DNA of 64,000 nt from Mobula birostris (GCF_030028105.1 NC_092377.1:117762632-117826631), one strand, 5' to 3'; counted from the stretch's first letter, positions 16,601 to 29,080 are shown. Numbers and translations are program-made. The notes: generated from the letters alone by a model not told the origin.

Positions 16601-18937
16601 AATATCTTATCAACAAGACTTGAGAATTCCACTATTTTGGCAGACCATACTGATAAAGTCCGTTATCTAGAGCCTACACAGAGAAAACAATTGAAAGAAT
16701 TAGTTAACAAGCATAAATATTTGTTTCCTGACATTCCAAGACGATGCACAGCAGCAGTGCATGACATCGTTGTCAATTCAGTCCAGTTCATTAAGCAGCA
16801 TCCTTACAGAATGAACTTCGAGAAAATCAGAGGGGTTGAAAAAGAAATTAGCTACATGCTAGCAACTGGTATCATTTGGCAATCTACCTCAGACTGGGCG
16901 TCGCCCTGCGTTCTTGTGCCTGAACCAGATGGTAGCATGAGATTCTGTACTGACTACAGGAAAATTAATGCAATAACCAAGACAAATGCTTATCCTGTCC
17001 TGAGAGTGGATAACCGTATTGATAAAGTGGGAAAAGCTAAGTACCTCACAAAAATTGACTTGCTCAAAGGATGTTGGTGTGTTCCTTTGATTGAAAGGGC
17101 CAGAGAATTCTCAGCGTTGGTCACACTTTCTGGGTTGTATGAATATAATGCTTTACCTTTCTGGTTGAAAAATGCTCCAGGGAAATTTCAAAGAATGATC
17201 AATTCTGCGGTTAGAAGTCTAGAAAACACAGGGGCTTGCATTAATGATTTAGTGGTCTGGAATGACACGTGGGAAGAGCATATTGCGGTTGTAGAAGAAG
17301 TGTCTGAATGGCTGCCCAAGGCTAATCTTACTGTGAACCTCGCTAAAAGTGGGTTTGGTCATGCCACAGTTACATATCTTGACTACGTGGTAGGCCAGGG
17401 CCAACTTGCTCCGGTACAGGCCAAGTCTCAAGCTATTGCTGAGGTTCCTGTTCTGACGGCAAGAAAGCTATGAGAAGGTTTCTGGGAATGGTTGGGTACT
17501 ATCGTAAGTTTTGTAAGAACTTTGTAGATATCGCTCTCACTCTAACAGAACTCCTAGGGAAGAGTGAAAGAATTGTATGGAATGACCTTTTTCCCAGGAG
17601 GCATTTAAACATCTGAAAACCATCCTGTGCTCAAAGCACCTGATTTTTTGAAACCATTCTCTATAGCAACAGACGCTAGTGACGAGGCTGCTGAGGCTGT
17701 ACGGTTACAGAAAGGTGTGGATGACATTAAACACTCAGTAGCTTATTTCTCAAAAAAAATTTAATGTGCATCAGAAAAACTATTCCACTGTTGAAAAGGA
17801 ATTGCTATCACTTATTCTGGCTTTGAAACATTTTGAAGTCTATGTTTGTCCTGCCCAGAGACCACTTGTGGTTTACACGGATCACAATCGGTTGGTGTTT
17901 CTAACTCAGATGAACGATAAGAGTAGAAGGTTATTAAATTGGAGTTTGATATTGCAAAAATATGACTTAAAAATCAAACATGTCCAAGTTACTGACAACA
18001 TTATAGCTGATTGTTTATCCAGATGTTAACTTAGAAATTGTACAAGTTTTTGCTCTGATATCTGATGATTATACGTGTATTGTTACAATGTATCGTCTTC
18101 GTCAAACACTTTTTTGTAAAAGGAAGGGGGTGGGACGGTGTCCTGAATTACTCCTATGAAATGTGCTTTTCGAAAGAGAGAGAGAAAGTTGTTCAACACC
18201 AGACAGCTTGTAATTAAGAGACAGAGAGTGACAGGCGAAGACTGCTTTGAGATGGTATTTTGGTTTCTCTGCAGCATGTTTACAGTTTGCAAGGATACTG
18301 GCAGCTTCTATGTTTTTACTGAGAGAGAAGTGAGGAGCTACTTGATGGACAGCTGGTGTTCAGCACGTTGAGATAAATAGGTCAGCTGATAGACTGACAG
18401 ACACATGGTTTTGGACCCTGAATGAACTTTGTTGTGCCCACAGGAAAGGTGGGTTTTGAAGGATCGATCATTGGCTCTCGCAGTGTGAAAAGGGTGTGAC
18501 CAGCGGGAAGTTATTCCTGTGTCCAACCCTCGCCTGGGTTGACAATTCCACCACAGAAGAACGGTCCCCTTAGATGCGGGCACAGTCGATGACTTCTAAA
18601 GGATTTCGGAGGACAACGGGAAGATAGACGGCGTCAGCTCACCTGAAGACTCTAACCCCTCTCAATCTCTATCACCAGTCAACTCCATACCACGAACTGA
18701 ACTGAATTTTACTCATCATTGTAAGACGATCTATTTACCCTGAGACTCGAAGAAGCTTGGTTTTCATATATTTCCACACTTATACATGTCTAATCATTGC
18801 TAACCAGTTTTACATATCTGGTTTTATATCACTGTATTGCGTAGTTACTAATAAATACCATTAGTTCATAGCAATACTGGACTCCAAAGTGTTTTCTATT
18901 TCAGCTGGATCTTTAACCCGTCACGGGGTACGTGACA
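13601..18937 (+). mobile_element. Gmr1-type Ty3/gypsy LTR retrotransposon, copy A (gag-PR-INT-RT-RH, 3' LTR present, 5' LTR deleted), degraded
   Basis: Gag with SCAN-like 'VPEVYRQRFR' and CCHC knuckle 'CYFCGKPDHVASNC'. Integrase 15604..16089 lies upstream of RT 16637..17473 and RNase H 17766..18029. PPT at 18118-18130. Confidence 0.93.
18131..18937 (+). repeat. 3' LTR of the Gmr1-type element (TG...CA), followed by TSD ATTGG
   Basis: Homologous to 36967-37767 and 58529-59329; directly follows the polypurine tract. Confidence 0.9.
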
Positions 18938-19563
18938 ATTGGCAAAAAGGATATGAGGCTGTGGAAGGGGGAGGAACATGGGACGGGAGGCCTAGGGAGA
19001 AAGAAAGGGGGAGGGGTGAAGCCCAGAGGATGGGTAAGGATGATAGTGAGAGGGACAGAGGGAGAAAAAGGAGAGAGAGGGAAAAAATTAATAGTAAATA
19101 AATAAATAACAGATGGAGTATTTACCTATCCGTTATCTATCTATCTATCTATCTATCTATTTATTTATTTATTATTATTAATTTATTTTTAATATTTTAC
19201 CTCTCTCTCTCCTTTTTCTCCCTCTGTCCCTGTTACTATACCCCTTGCCCATCCTCTGGGCTTCCCCTCCCCCTTTCTTTCTCCCTAGGCCTCTGGTCCC
19301 ATGATACTCTCCCTTCTCCAGCCTCGTACCCTTTTTGCCAATCAACTTTCCTGCTCTTAGCTCGATCCCTCCCCCTCCTGTCTTCTCTTACCATTTCGGA
19401 TCTCCCCTTCCCCCTCTCACTTTCAGTTAGTCCTGACGAAGGGTCTCCGCCTGAAACGTCGACTGTACCTCTTCCTATCGATGCTGCCTGGTCTGTTGCG
19501 TTCATCAGCATTTTTTGTGCATCTGGCTTGAAATTACAGCATCTACAGATTTCCTCGTGTTTG
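18938..19563. mobile_element. Penelope-like terminal-repeat sequence as a tail-to-tail inverted pair, containing a hammerhead motif
   Basis: 18938-19120 is the reverse complement of ~19125-19345. The hammerhead core is at 19429-19464. The class is inferred from the ribozyme and inverted structure; no PLE ORF was seen. Confidence 0.7.
19429..19464 (+). ncRNA. Minimal type I hammerhead ribozyme motif
   Basis: AGTC-CTGACGA-stem II-GAAA-CG-TC/GACT: intact CUGANGA and GAAA boxes, GUC triplet, stem I AGTC/GACT, palindromic loopless stem III. Confidence 0.7.
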
Positions 19564-20659
19564 CTCTGTATTTCCCTCTGCAATTGGATCCTCGATTTCC
19601 TAACCAGAAGACCACAATCTTTGCGGATTGGTGATAACACCTCCTCCTCGCTGATAATCAACACTGGTGCACCTCAGTGGTATGTGCTTAGCCCACTGCT
19701 CTACTCTTTCTATACTCATGACTGTCTGACTAGGCATAGCTCAAGTACCGTCTCTAAATTTGCTGATGATACACCCATTGTTGGTAGAGTCCCAGGTGGT
19801 GACGAGAGGGCGTACGGGAGTGAGATATGCCAACTACTGGAGTGATGCCACAGCAACAACCTGGCATTCAACATCAGTAAGATGAAAGAACTGATTGTGG
19901 ACTTCAGGAAACGTAAGACGAAGGAACATACACCAATCCTCATAGGGGGATCAGAAGTGGAGAGAGTGTACAGTTTCAACTTCCTGGGTGTCAAAATCTT
20001 TGAGGATATAACCTGGTCCCAACGTAGCAATGTAGTTATAAAGAAGGCAAGACAGCGGCTACACTTCATTAGGAGTTGAAGAGATTTGGCATGTGAACAA
20101 ATACACTCTAAAACTTCTATAGATGTCCCGTGGAGAACATTCTGAATGGTTGCATCACTGTCTGGTCTGGGGGGTGGGAATGGCTACTGCACTGGACCAA
20201 AAGAAGCTGCAGAATGTTGTAAATCTGGTCAGCTCCATCTTGGGTACTAGCCTACAAAATACCCAGAACAGCTTCAATGAGCTGTGTCTCAGAAAGGCAG
20301 CGTCCATCGTTAAGGACACCCAGCACACAGGGCATGCCCTGTTCTCACTGTTACCATCAGGTAGGAGGTACAGAAACCTGAAGGCACACACTCAGCGATT
20401 CAGAAACAACTTCTTCGCCTCTGCCATTCGATTCCTAAATGGACATTGAACCCATGGGACAACCTCACCTTTTTTAATATACAGTATTTCTGTTTTTTTG
20501 CACGTCTTTTCAATCTATTCCATATATGTATGCTGTAATTGATTTACTTATTTATTATTATTTTTTCTTTTCCATGTTAAAAGTTGCATTGAACTGCTGC
20601 TGCTAAGGTAACAAATTTCACGTCACATGCCGGTGATAATAAACCTGATTCTGATTCTG
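19564..20659 (+). mobile_element. Rex1/Babar-like non-LTR retrotransposon, 3' part
   Basis: '[14 protein letters not shown]...NTGAPQ...LSPLLYS...HDC...KFADD' and 'KKARQRLHF'; ends AATAAACCTGATTCTGATTCTG. Confidence 0.85.
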
Positions 20660-20935
20660 TCCTTAACTCTTCCCCTTACGCTGTCTGTTTGCTCTTGGTT
20701 CCAGAACCAATCGGATTCTAACGCCCTGCTTGCTAATGCCTTCCCGCACACTGACAGGGCGAGGGCAAACTCAGGCTACCTGGGTGGTCTGCAACCGAGT
20801 GCTCCGAGATAGAGTGAAACACTTCTGTTTGAGTGCCAGCCAGACAGATCATTCCCTCAGTTAGTCCATCGAGATGCTGGGTCTCACCCAAAGTCCCTCA
20901 CCCCTAAACACATTCTTCTTCAGACTTTAGTTACC

Positions 20936-21065
20936 NNNNNNNNNNNNNNNNNNNNNNNNNNNNNNNNNNNNNNNNNNNNNNNNNNNNNNNNNNNNNNNNN
21001 NNNNNNNNNNNNNNNNNNNNNNNNNNNNNNNNNNNNNNNNNNNNNNNNNNNNNNNNNNNNNNNNN
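20936..21065. other. Assembly gap (N); the paralogous 44019-44126 is a (GT)n-rich tract
   Basis: Both flanks match unit B. Confidence 0.9.
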
Positions 21066-21082
21066 GTATGTGTGCCTGTGTG

Positions 21083-24000
21083 GGAGGGAGTATTTGCTCA
21101 CAGGGTGTGTGTGAAGCGTCTAGTACAGTAGAGTAGCAGTGCCTGTAGTTAGTGCATGCTGCATGCTGTATGCCGCGCAGTGCTCTCTGCTTGCTACTCT
21201 CGGCTCACAGCTACTGCCACTGGCTAGCCTTCTTAATAGAGGGTGAAGAGAGGAGCCGAGTGTGTAAGCCTCCTCCTGCCGGTACAGAGCCTCTCCACCA
21301 CCAAGACTCCTGCAGTGCCTCCTCGGAGCCACACATGGCAACTGGGTATCTTACGGTCCCAGGTTAAACTACAGGGGATCTCGGAGCAGTGGTGGGCCCC
21401 AGACGTGGCGTGCAGGCCCACCACCTTGTGGACACGCCTTGGCGCCCGTCAATCACTGTCCCATCTATGGACAAATAGCCTCGCTGCCTTGTGCTAAGTC
21501 TGTTGAGACAAGGCAAAGGAAGCACACCCTGGCAGAAAAGCAATGCGCAATAGGCGGTCCTTAACAGACCGAGGACGCGGCAGCCTCCTGCAGCCAAGGT
21601 GAGGGAGCGGTTTTCCTGGGATCACCCTTGCCACCGGGATTTACCTCATCATGGTGAAGATAGTGCTACTGGGGATGGCGCACCCCCTGTGGCACTTCAA
21701 AATCTTCCTTGCGCAGGTCTCCACCTCTGATCATGGTGAACAATACCTGGACCTTACATATGGTTGAAGTCTGACGGCGATGGGGCGTCTGGCAGCAGGA
21801 GCAGGTACGAATGGACTGGGTACTGCAGTGGAAATAAGAAACAATACAACCTAAAGCTGGCAACATGGAATGTAAGGACTCTCCTGGACTCGTTTGGCCT
21901 CTCTGACAGACCTCACCGGAGAACAGCCTTGATCGCTGCTGAGCTAAGGCACTACAACATCGACATTGCTGCCCAGGCTCCTGGATGAAGCTCTTTAACA
22001 GAGGAAGGGATGGGTTACACCTTTTTCTGGAAAGATTTCCTCCCAGGTGGACAACATCTCTACGGAGTAGGATTGGCCATCAAGAACACCTTTCTACCAA
22101 GTTTCACAGAAAAACCTGCTGGCATTAGTGAAAGACTAATGACCGTGTGCATCCTCCTGGTAAAGAAACGTTATGCCACGCTTCTCAGTGCCTATGCACC
22201 AACTTTGCCATCTGAGAATGAGGCCAAGGAAGGCTTTTATCAGACATTGGATAAGATCCTTTTGTTTGGGGACTTCATCGCTAGGGTGGGACAGAACAAC
22301 AAGATATGGAGTAGAGTGCTAGGTGGGCATGGTATTGGCAAGGTGAATGCAAATGGCATGAAGCTACTTACTCTTTGCTCTGAGCATAACCTTACCATGA
22401 CCAACACCATCTTCCAGCAGAAGGCAAAATATAAGACCTCGTGGTTACACCCTCGCTCTAAAGATCGGCACATGAACGACATCATCATTGTGAGACGGAG
22501 TGACATCAAGGATGTTCTCATCACCCATACCATGAGAGGTGCAGAGTGCTGGACTGACAACCGTATGATTGTGTCCAAGCTCCATATGAAAGTGCGTCCC
22601 CCCCTTGCGGCTGCAAAAACCCAATAAAGAGCGGCTAAATTGCAACTGCCTGAGAAACACAGAAGCAAGAAGTGAGTTTCGACGCATCCTAGCTGAGAAA
22701 CTAAGGGAGTTGCAACCTTGTCTGAGGTCAGAAAATACCATGGAACAACAGTGGGCCTATATCAGCTCTGAGCTCTATGAGGCAGCAGCCCAATCCATCG
22801 GTCATAAGAGCAGGAACCACCAAGACTGGTTTGATGATAACTCGGACACCATCCACAACTTGCTTAAGGACATGCACAAAGCACACCGGGCTGCTTTAGA
22901 CAACCCTTCATCCACCAGCATCAGGCAGCATTGGCAGGCAGCTCGGAGGAAAGTGCAAAAGGCAATACAGGCCATACAAAATGAGTGGTGGACTGAAAAG
23001 GCACATGAAATCCAGTCCTTTGCTGATAATAATGACATGCATAATTTTTACAATGCTGTCAAAACCATCTACGGCCCAATAAATCGATGTGTTACTCCCC
23101 TGAAAGCAGCGGATGGCCTAACACTTCTGAAGAATCAGAATACCATTCTGCTGAGGTGGGCTGAGCATTTTAACACTCTGCTTAATCAGGACTCTGACGC
23201 AGACGCCACCATCCTGGACGAACTGCCTGAACTTCCTCCTATCCAAGACCGCAGTCTACCACCAACCTTCCAGGAGGTCCTATCAGCTGTCCATTCCCTT
23301 AAGAACAACAAATCCCCTGGCACTGACAATATCCCTGCTGAGTTACTGAAGAACGGGGGGTACATGTGTACGCACACCCTCTACCAGTACATCACCAAGG
23401 CCTGGACTGATGAGAACATCCCACAGCAATGGAGAAATGCCAACACCATTGCCATTTATAATGTCAAGGCCATCTGCGGCAATAGTAGGGGCACATCACC
23501 GCTTTCTGTTGCTAGAGAGATCCTGGCTAAGGTGATGCTTCAGAGACTCATCAGCAACATCACCGAGTCAATGCTGCCTGAACCACAGCGTGGATTTAGG
23601 AAGAACAGGAGCACGATCGACATGATCTTCACAGCCCGGCAGCTTCAGGAAAAGTGCCGGGAGCAACATCAGGACGGATAACGGCCTTTGTCGACCTCTC
23701 CAAAACTTTCGACACTGTGCAAAGAGAACTCTTATGGAATGTCCTCCTCAGGTTTGGAGAGGTGACCACAGGAGGACAAGAGTCCGAGCCCTTCCTTGTA
23801 CACACAGGGGTGAGGCAGGGGTGTGTGCTAGAGCCAGTGCTCTTTAATATCTTCCTCTTGTGTGTTACCAAGCATCTCCACAACGAGATTGAAGACAGCA
23901 GCGGTGTGGCAGTGGACGTCAGATTAGATGGCAACCTCTTTGACATCAGGAAGTTCCACGCAACCACCAAACTCCGTAGAGAGCGGGTCCTGGAGCTGCA

Positions 24001-24734
24001 GTATGCAGACGAATATGGTCCTGTGGCCCATAGTCCGGATGATCTTCAGACTGTCCTTGCTGTGGCGGTGAGAGCGTACAGCAGGATAGGGCTGACTGTC
24101 AATAACACCAAGACAGAAGTGGTACCACCCTCCTTTATAGCTGTGAAGCTTGGGTAACCTACAGCCGTCACATCAAGTCCTTGGAGTGCTTCCACATAAG
24201 CTGCCTCCAGAGCATCCTGGGAATTACCTGGCGTGAGCGGGTGCCTCACACTGAAATACTTGTAAAGACCAACTGCAGAAGTACTGACGCCATGATCACC
24301 CAGCGTCAACTGCAGAGGCTGGGGCACGTGATAAGGATGCCTCCATGTCGGCTACCCGGCAGAGTGATATACGGCCAGCTACATCATGGTCGATGCTCAG
24401 CTGGAGGGCTGAAGAAGCGCGATAAGGATCAGATGAAGAATGCTTTAAGGAAGTGCAAGATCAGACCCGAGGACCTGGAGGATGTTGCTGCTGACCGTAC
24501 CACTTGGCGACAGCTGTGTAGGGACGGGTTTCGTATTCTGGAGATGGAAAGAACAACCAAAAGAGAGCCAGGAGAAATGCGGCCATGGTTACCACCACTA
24601 CCACCGCTATCACATATACATGTCCCACCTGCAATAGGGCGTGTGGGTCCAGGATAGGACTGTATAGTCATCAAAGATCTCACCGTTAGGAGTGGACGTC
24701 ATCATCGGATTTCGATGGACAACCGAAGAAGAAA
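21083..24734 (+). mobile_element. RTE-clade LINE, near full length with internal deletions (copy A)
   Basis: 'LATWNVRTL', 'SAYAPT', 'HPRSK', 'RWAEHF', 'TGVRQGCVL', 'LQYADE'; GAAGAAGAA tail. Confidence 0.92.
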
Positions 24735-24740
24735 ATGTGT

Positions 24741-24879
24741 NNNNNNNNNNNNNNNNNNNNNNNNNNNNNNNNNNNNNNNNNNNNNNNNNNNNNNNNNNNN
24801 NNNNNNNNNNNNNNNNNNNNNNNNNNNNNNNNNNNNNNNNNNNNNNNNNNNNNNNNNNNNNNNNNNNNNNNNNNNNNNN
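24741..24879. other. Assembly gap (N) at a GT-rich tract
   Basis: Run of N; an equivalent gap lies at 47814-47949. Confidence 0.95.
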
Positions 24880-24929
24880 TACGAGAGATACGAGTTGTGA
24901 ATGTGTGAATTGGGATGGCGACGGAGAAT

Positions 24930-25495
24930 AAGCAAAGAGAGTGATAGACCGCCGAGACAGGCCCTTTGGCCCAACTCATCAATGCTGACCAATGAGTTTA
25001 CATCAACTGGTCAGAATTTCCCGCGTTTGGCCCATTTCGTTCTAACCCTTTCCTGTCTTCGCACTAGAAGGTGTCTTTTAAATGTTGTTCAAAGTACCTG
25101 CTCCCACCACTTCCTCTGGCAGCCTGATCCACAGACGGACACCAGGGTGGGTGTAAAACATTCCCCTCAGGTCTCCTTTAAACTTGTTTCCCTCTCACCT
25201 TAAATCTGTGCCATCTATCTTTCGACTTCCCTACCCCGGGAAAAGACCAAATTGTCTCTGCTAATCATAGTTTCATAAACCTTTGTTGTTATCCTCGGCC
25301 TCCTTCGCTCCAGGATAAACAGTCTCAGCCAATTCAAAGCTCCCTTTATCCCTCTAGTCCCAGCAAATCTCATGAATTATTCCTGCACCCTCTCCGTCTT
25401 AATGACATCCTTTCTATAGCTGGGCGGCCAGAACTACTCACAAGAAATACTTCAAGACCGATTTCACCAACGCCTTGTATAACTTGCAACCCCAG
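24930..25495 (-). mobile_element. Old CR1 3' fragment
   Basis: Reverse-complement CR1 3' motifs (ACAGGCCCTTTGGCCCAAC, CCTTAAATCTGTGCC, CGCTCCAGG). Confidence 0.7.
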
Positions 25496-25514
25496 TTTAG
25501 CCCACTAAATTTCA

Positions 25515-26090
25515 TTCGTCGGTATTTTCAAGAGCCACGAGGAAATGTTGCTGCTGTATGAAACCCTGGTTAGACCACACTTGAAATATTGAGCTCATTT
25601 TTGGTTGCCCCAGTATAGGAAGGACATGGCGGCTTTAGAGAGGGTGAAGAGGAGATTTACCACGACGTTTACTGGATAGAGAGCATGTCTTCTAAAGATA
25701 GGTTTCTCTTTGGAGCGAAAGAGGCCGAGAAGTTACTTGATAGATGTGTTTAAGATGATGAGAGACAGAGCCCAAATGGATAGACAGAAACATTTTCCCA
25801 AAATGAAGATAGGTTATCAGAGGGGGCATCAATTTTAAGGTGATTGGAGGAAAGTATAGGGAAGATGTTGGAGGTAACTTTTTTTGAGACATAGTGCGGC
25901 TCTTGGGCAGAAAACGTTGCCGGGGTGGTGGCAGAGGCATATACGTGAGAGGCATTGAAGAACTCTTGGACAGGCAAAATGAAGACCTATGCGGGGGAAG
26001 AAATAGATGGATCCTAGAGTAGGCTAAAAAGACAGCACAACATCGCGGGCCGAAGGGCCAGTACTGTGCTCTACTGTTTTATTATCTATG
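25515..26090 (+). mobile_element. Old CR1 3' fragment
   Basis: 'CTGGTTAGACCACACTTG' and 'GGGCCGAAGGGCCAGTACTGTGCT'. Confidence 0.75.
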
Positions 26091-26153
26091 TCGGGAAAGA
26101 ATCACCAATATTTCGGGTCGAACATGGTGGGATTTTACTGAGACTTGGAGGCT

Positions 26154-27702
26154 CCAGTTCGCTGCCATTGTTTGCGTGTTCCAGTCGATGTAGTTGCAGA
26201 CTTCGGTGTAAACTCCGGGATAACCTTTCATGGCATAACCGATCCCCCGGACACGATTCCTTCCATCTTCCCATGACATACCACGGGACTCTCAGAATCA
26301 CCCTGGCGAGAGGACAACAGCTTGTATTGATGCGAGTCAGGGAGACACACAGCTCGGAAACCGGCCTCTTCGGCCCAACCCGCCGGTGCCGACCAACGTT
26401 CCCATCCAAGATCACCCTATTTCCCACGTTTGGTTCAGATCTCTCTAAAGCTTTCATATCCGTCTACCTGTCCGAGTATCCTCTAAATGTTGATGTACTC
26501 GGCTCAACACTTCCTCTGGCAGGTCGTTCCATCTACAGGCGATCCTCTGGGTGAAAACTTTGCTCCGCGGTTCCCTTTAAATCTCTCCCCTCTCGCCTTA
26601 AACCTGTGCCCTCTAATTTTGGACTCCCCCAACTCGGGGGAAAAGGCTGTGTGCATTCACCCTATGGTTTTATAATCATTGATAAGTTCACTCTTCAGTC
26701 TTCTGAACTCCAAGCACTAAAAGCCCTAGCTTTCTTAACCTCCCCCGGTAACTCATGCCCTCGAAACTAATCTCGCAATTTTTTTTGCATTCTTTCCAGT
26801 TTAATGTTGGCCAAAACTGAACACATTGCACCGCTGTCCCCTATGCTACAGGGAATCAAGTACCAACCAGTCCAGCCTCTCTCTATAACTCAATCGATCG
26901 GATTTCGACAACATCCTTGTAAATCTCCTCTGCCTCTTTCCAAGTGCATAAATTCTTCCTTATAACAGGGTGACGAAAACAGAGCACAATACTCCAAGTG
27001 TGGCCTCGTCCTGTACCACTGCAACATAACGTGTGCCAAACACGTTCCTCACCACTCTGTCTACCGTGATATCCCTTTCAGAGATCCGTGGGCAGCACCT
27101 GTACCCTTGGCTACTTCAACAAACCCCAAAGCAAAGTAATAGATCAAAGAGTTATACAATTCTTCAGCCCATCATGTACGGACCACACTCCGTGTGAAAG
27201 ACAAGCTCAGCAAGCTCATATTAAACCTCTCCCCACCCACCTTGAACTTATACCATCCACGTCCCTCATGATGTACGCACTTACCAGCTCACCCTATCCC
27301 TGAGTCTCTTACAATCCCAGGAATAATGTTCCAACCTGCTCAACCTATCTCCATAACATAACCGATTCCTTCTCCTCCTCCGTCTCCCTCCTGCCCCTTC
27401 CCTCAGAATCTTTCCTCCTTCTCCCCTTCATAGGTATTCCCTCTCCCCCTCAATCCCTTATCCTCTGATTATATCTCCCACCCAGAAACGAGGCACTGGA
27501 GGCCGGCTTTCGGGCAGCTGCTGGAGAGCGGCACCGGCTGCGCGTTGCAGTCGAAGATGATCGGGGCGGCAAGCCGCAGCAACATGATGTCGTTGTCGAG
27601 GCTGCGGGGGTTGTAGAAGGGTTGCGGGATGACCTGGGCCACGGGCAGCCGCTGCTCCGTGCCTTCCTCCACAGTGGTGTCGTGTGCCATCAGCGTGTCC
27701 GC
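26154..27702 (-). pseudogene. Trypsin-like serine protease pseudogene from a different lineage than the + genes: exon-3 remnant ~27702-27478, exon-5 remnant 26302-26154
   Basis: 'HDTTVEEGTEQ...SLDNDIMLLRL...CLVSGW' then a stop. Exon 5 reads [18 protein letters not shown], a -1 frameshift, then [22 protein letters not shown]. Exons 2 and 4 were not found. Confidence 0.88.
26340..27070 (-). mobile_element. Old CR1 3' fragments (paralog ~47980-48710)
   Basis: 'CGGCCTCTTCGGCCCAAC', 'CCTTAAACCTGTGCCCTCT', 'GCACAATACTCCAAGTGTGG'. Confidence 0.7.
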
Positions 27703-28929
27703 CTTGTGACGGCTCAGTCGTGAGGAAGGATGGGCAGGGACGACAGGGGTCGGGAGGGAGTGAGGAAAATAGTGGGGATGGGGGACAGTAAGCTACCCTT
27801 TGTACCTTGATAGCGGGGGAGAACGCGAGTCAGCCGTGGCGAAAGAGGGGAAGAAGGCGAGAGGGGTGTGGAGAGGTCGGGGGGGGGGGGGGGGTTCAAA
27901 TCCAGAGACACCATGTGCGGGTATGCCCGGAGGCGCTGAGCACGGGTCCGCAGCGGCGTGTGGGAGAACACTACGAATGGGAAGAGGTCAAAGGAGTGAG
28001 GAGTGGGGAGGAAAACGCGCCCTGTACCGCGGGGAGAGAGCGTGAGTCAATCGTGAGGAGGACCAGAGGGGGACATAGGAGGCGTAGCGGGAAGCGACGG
28101 GGAAAGGGAAAGACAAAGGAGGATGCAAAAGGGGGGATGTAGGGTGAGGGGGACACTGAGGTAGAGTTAGTGGAAGAGGAGGACACACGCGAATCCGTCC
28201 TGTGTCGGGGGGAGAGGTGTTGGAGAGATTAGACAACGGGTCAGCCGTGGGGATGGAGGGTGAGGGGGAAGAAAGATGAAGGGGCAAGTGAGGGTGGAGG
28301 AGGGAGGGGGGACAAGCAGAGACCTGCCCTGTGCTGTGTCGGTGAAGCGAGGGTACGCAATCAGCGGCGGGCAGCATGGGACAAGAGACAGGGGCGGGGG
28401 TCGGCCGGGTCGGGAATGGGAAAGAAGGAAAGAGGATGATGTAGTTGCGGTGAGACAGTCAGATAGGTCGTATACCGTGGAGAGCGCGGGTCAGCCGTAA
28501 TGAGGGAGTGGAGGCAGAGGTGACACGGAGCGGAGAGCCGATATACAAGAGACGGAGAAGAGAGGGAGAAGCAAAGAATGGGGGTGGGGAGTGGGTGGAA
28601 GGTACAACACAGGTCCGGTCTTGCAAGGGAAAAATTGCTAGCTGACCGAAGGAACGGTAGGGCAGGGGTGGTGGGGAATCGAGATTCAGGGTGCGAAAGC
28701 GAGGGTCTCACACGGGTCGGCCCTGTGTCGAGGAGAGGTCACGGTTCCGCGTGGAGGGAGCGCTGTGGGAGGCGCGGTGATGCAGTGGGAGGGTAGTCCT
28801 GGTCATACAACACCCCTATTGAGACTTTCCTTCCTCAACTCCCCACCGTCTGAGTCCTTGCTGGATTAGATCCACGCCCGCATCCATGCTCCCAGCAACC
28901 GGTGACGACCCTCACCCTCATCCCTGCTC

Positions 28930-29080
28930 CTCGTCCTTGACCAGTTTGGTCGAAGCTGGGAATCTGACAGGTGACCCCCCCACCCACTGCTCAAGGACGG
29001 GACGTCTTGTGACTGCCCCGAGCTCCCTCAACAGCTGCAGCTCTCCCGCCGATAAGGGTCCCTGATCGGGTATAAATGCT
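28930..29080 (+). promoter_or_regulatory. Trypsinogen 2 promoter: PTF1-like TGGGAA-N5-CAGGTG (28957-28973), NR5A2-like sites, GATA, TATAAAT 29071
   Basis: Motif matches conserved across the copies. Confidence 0.75.
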
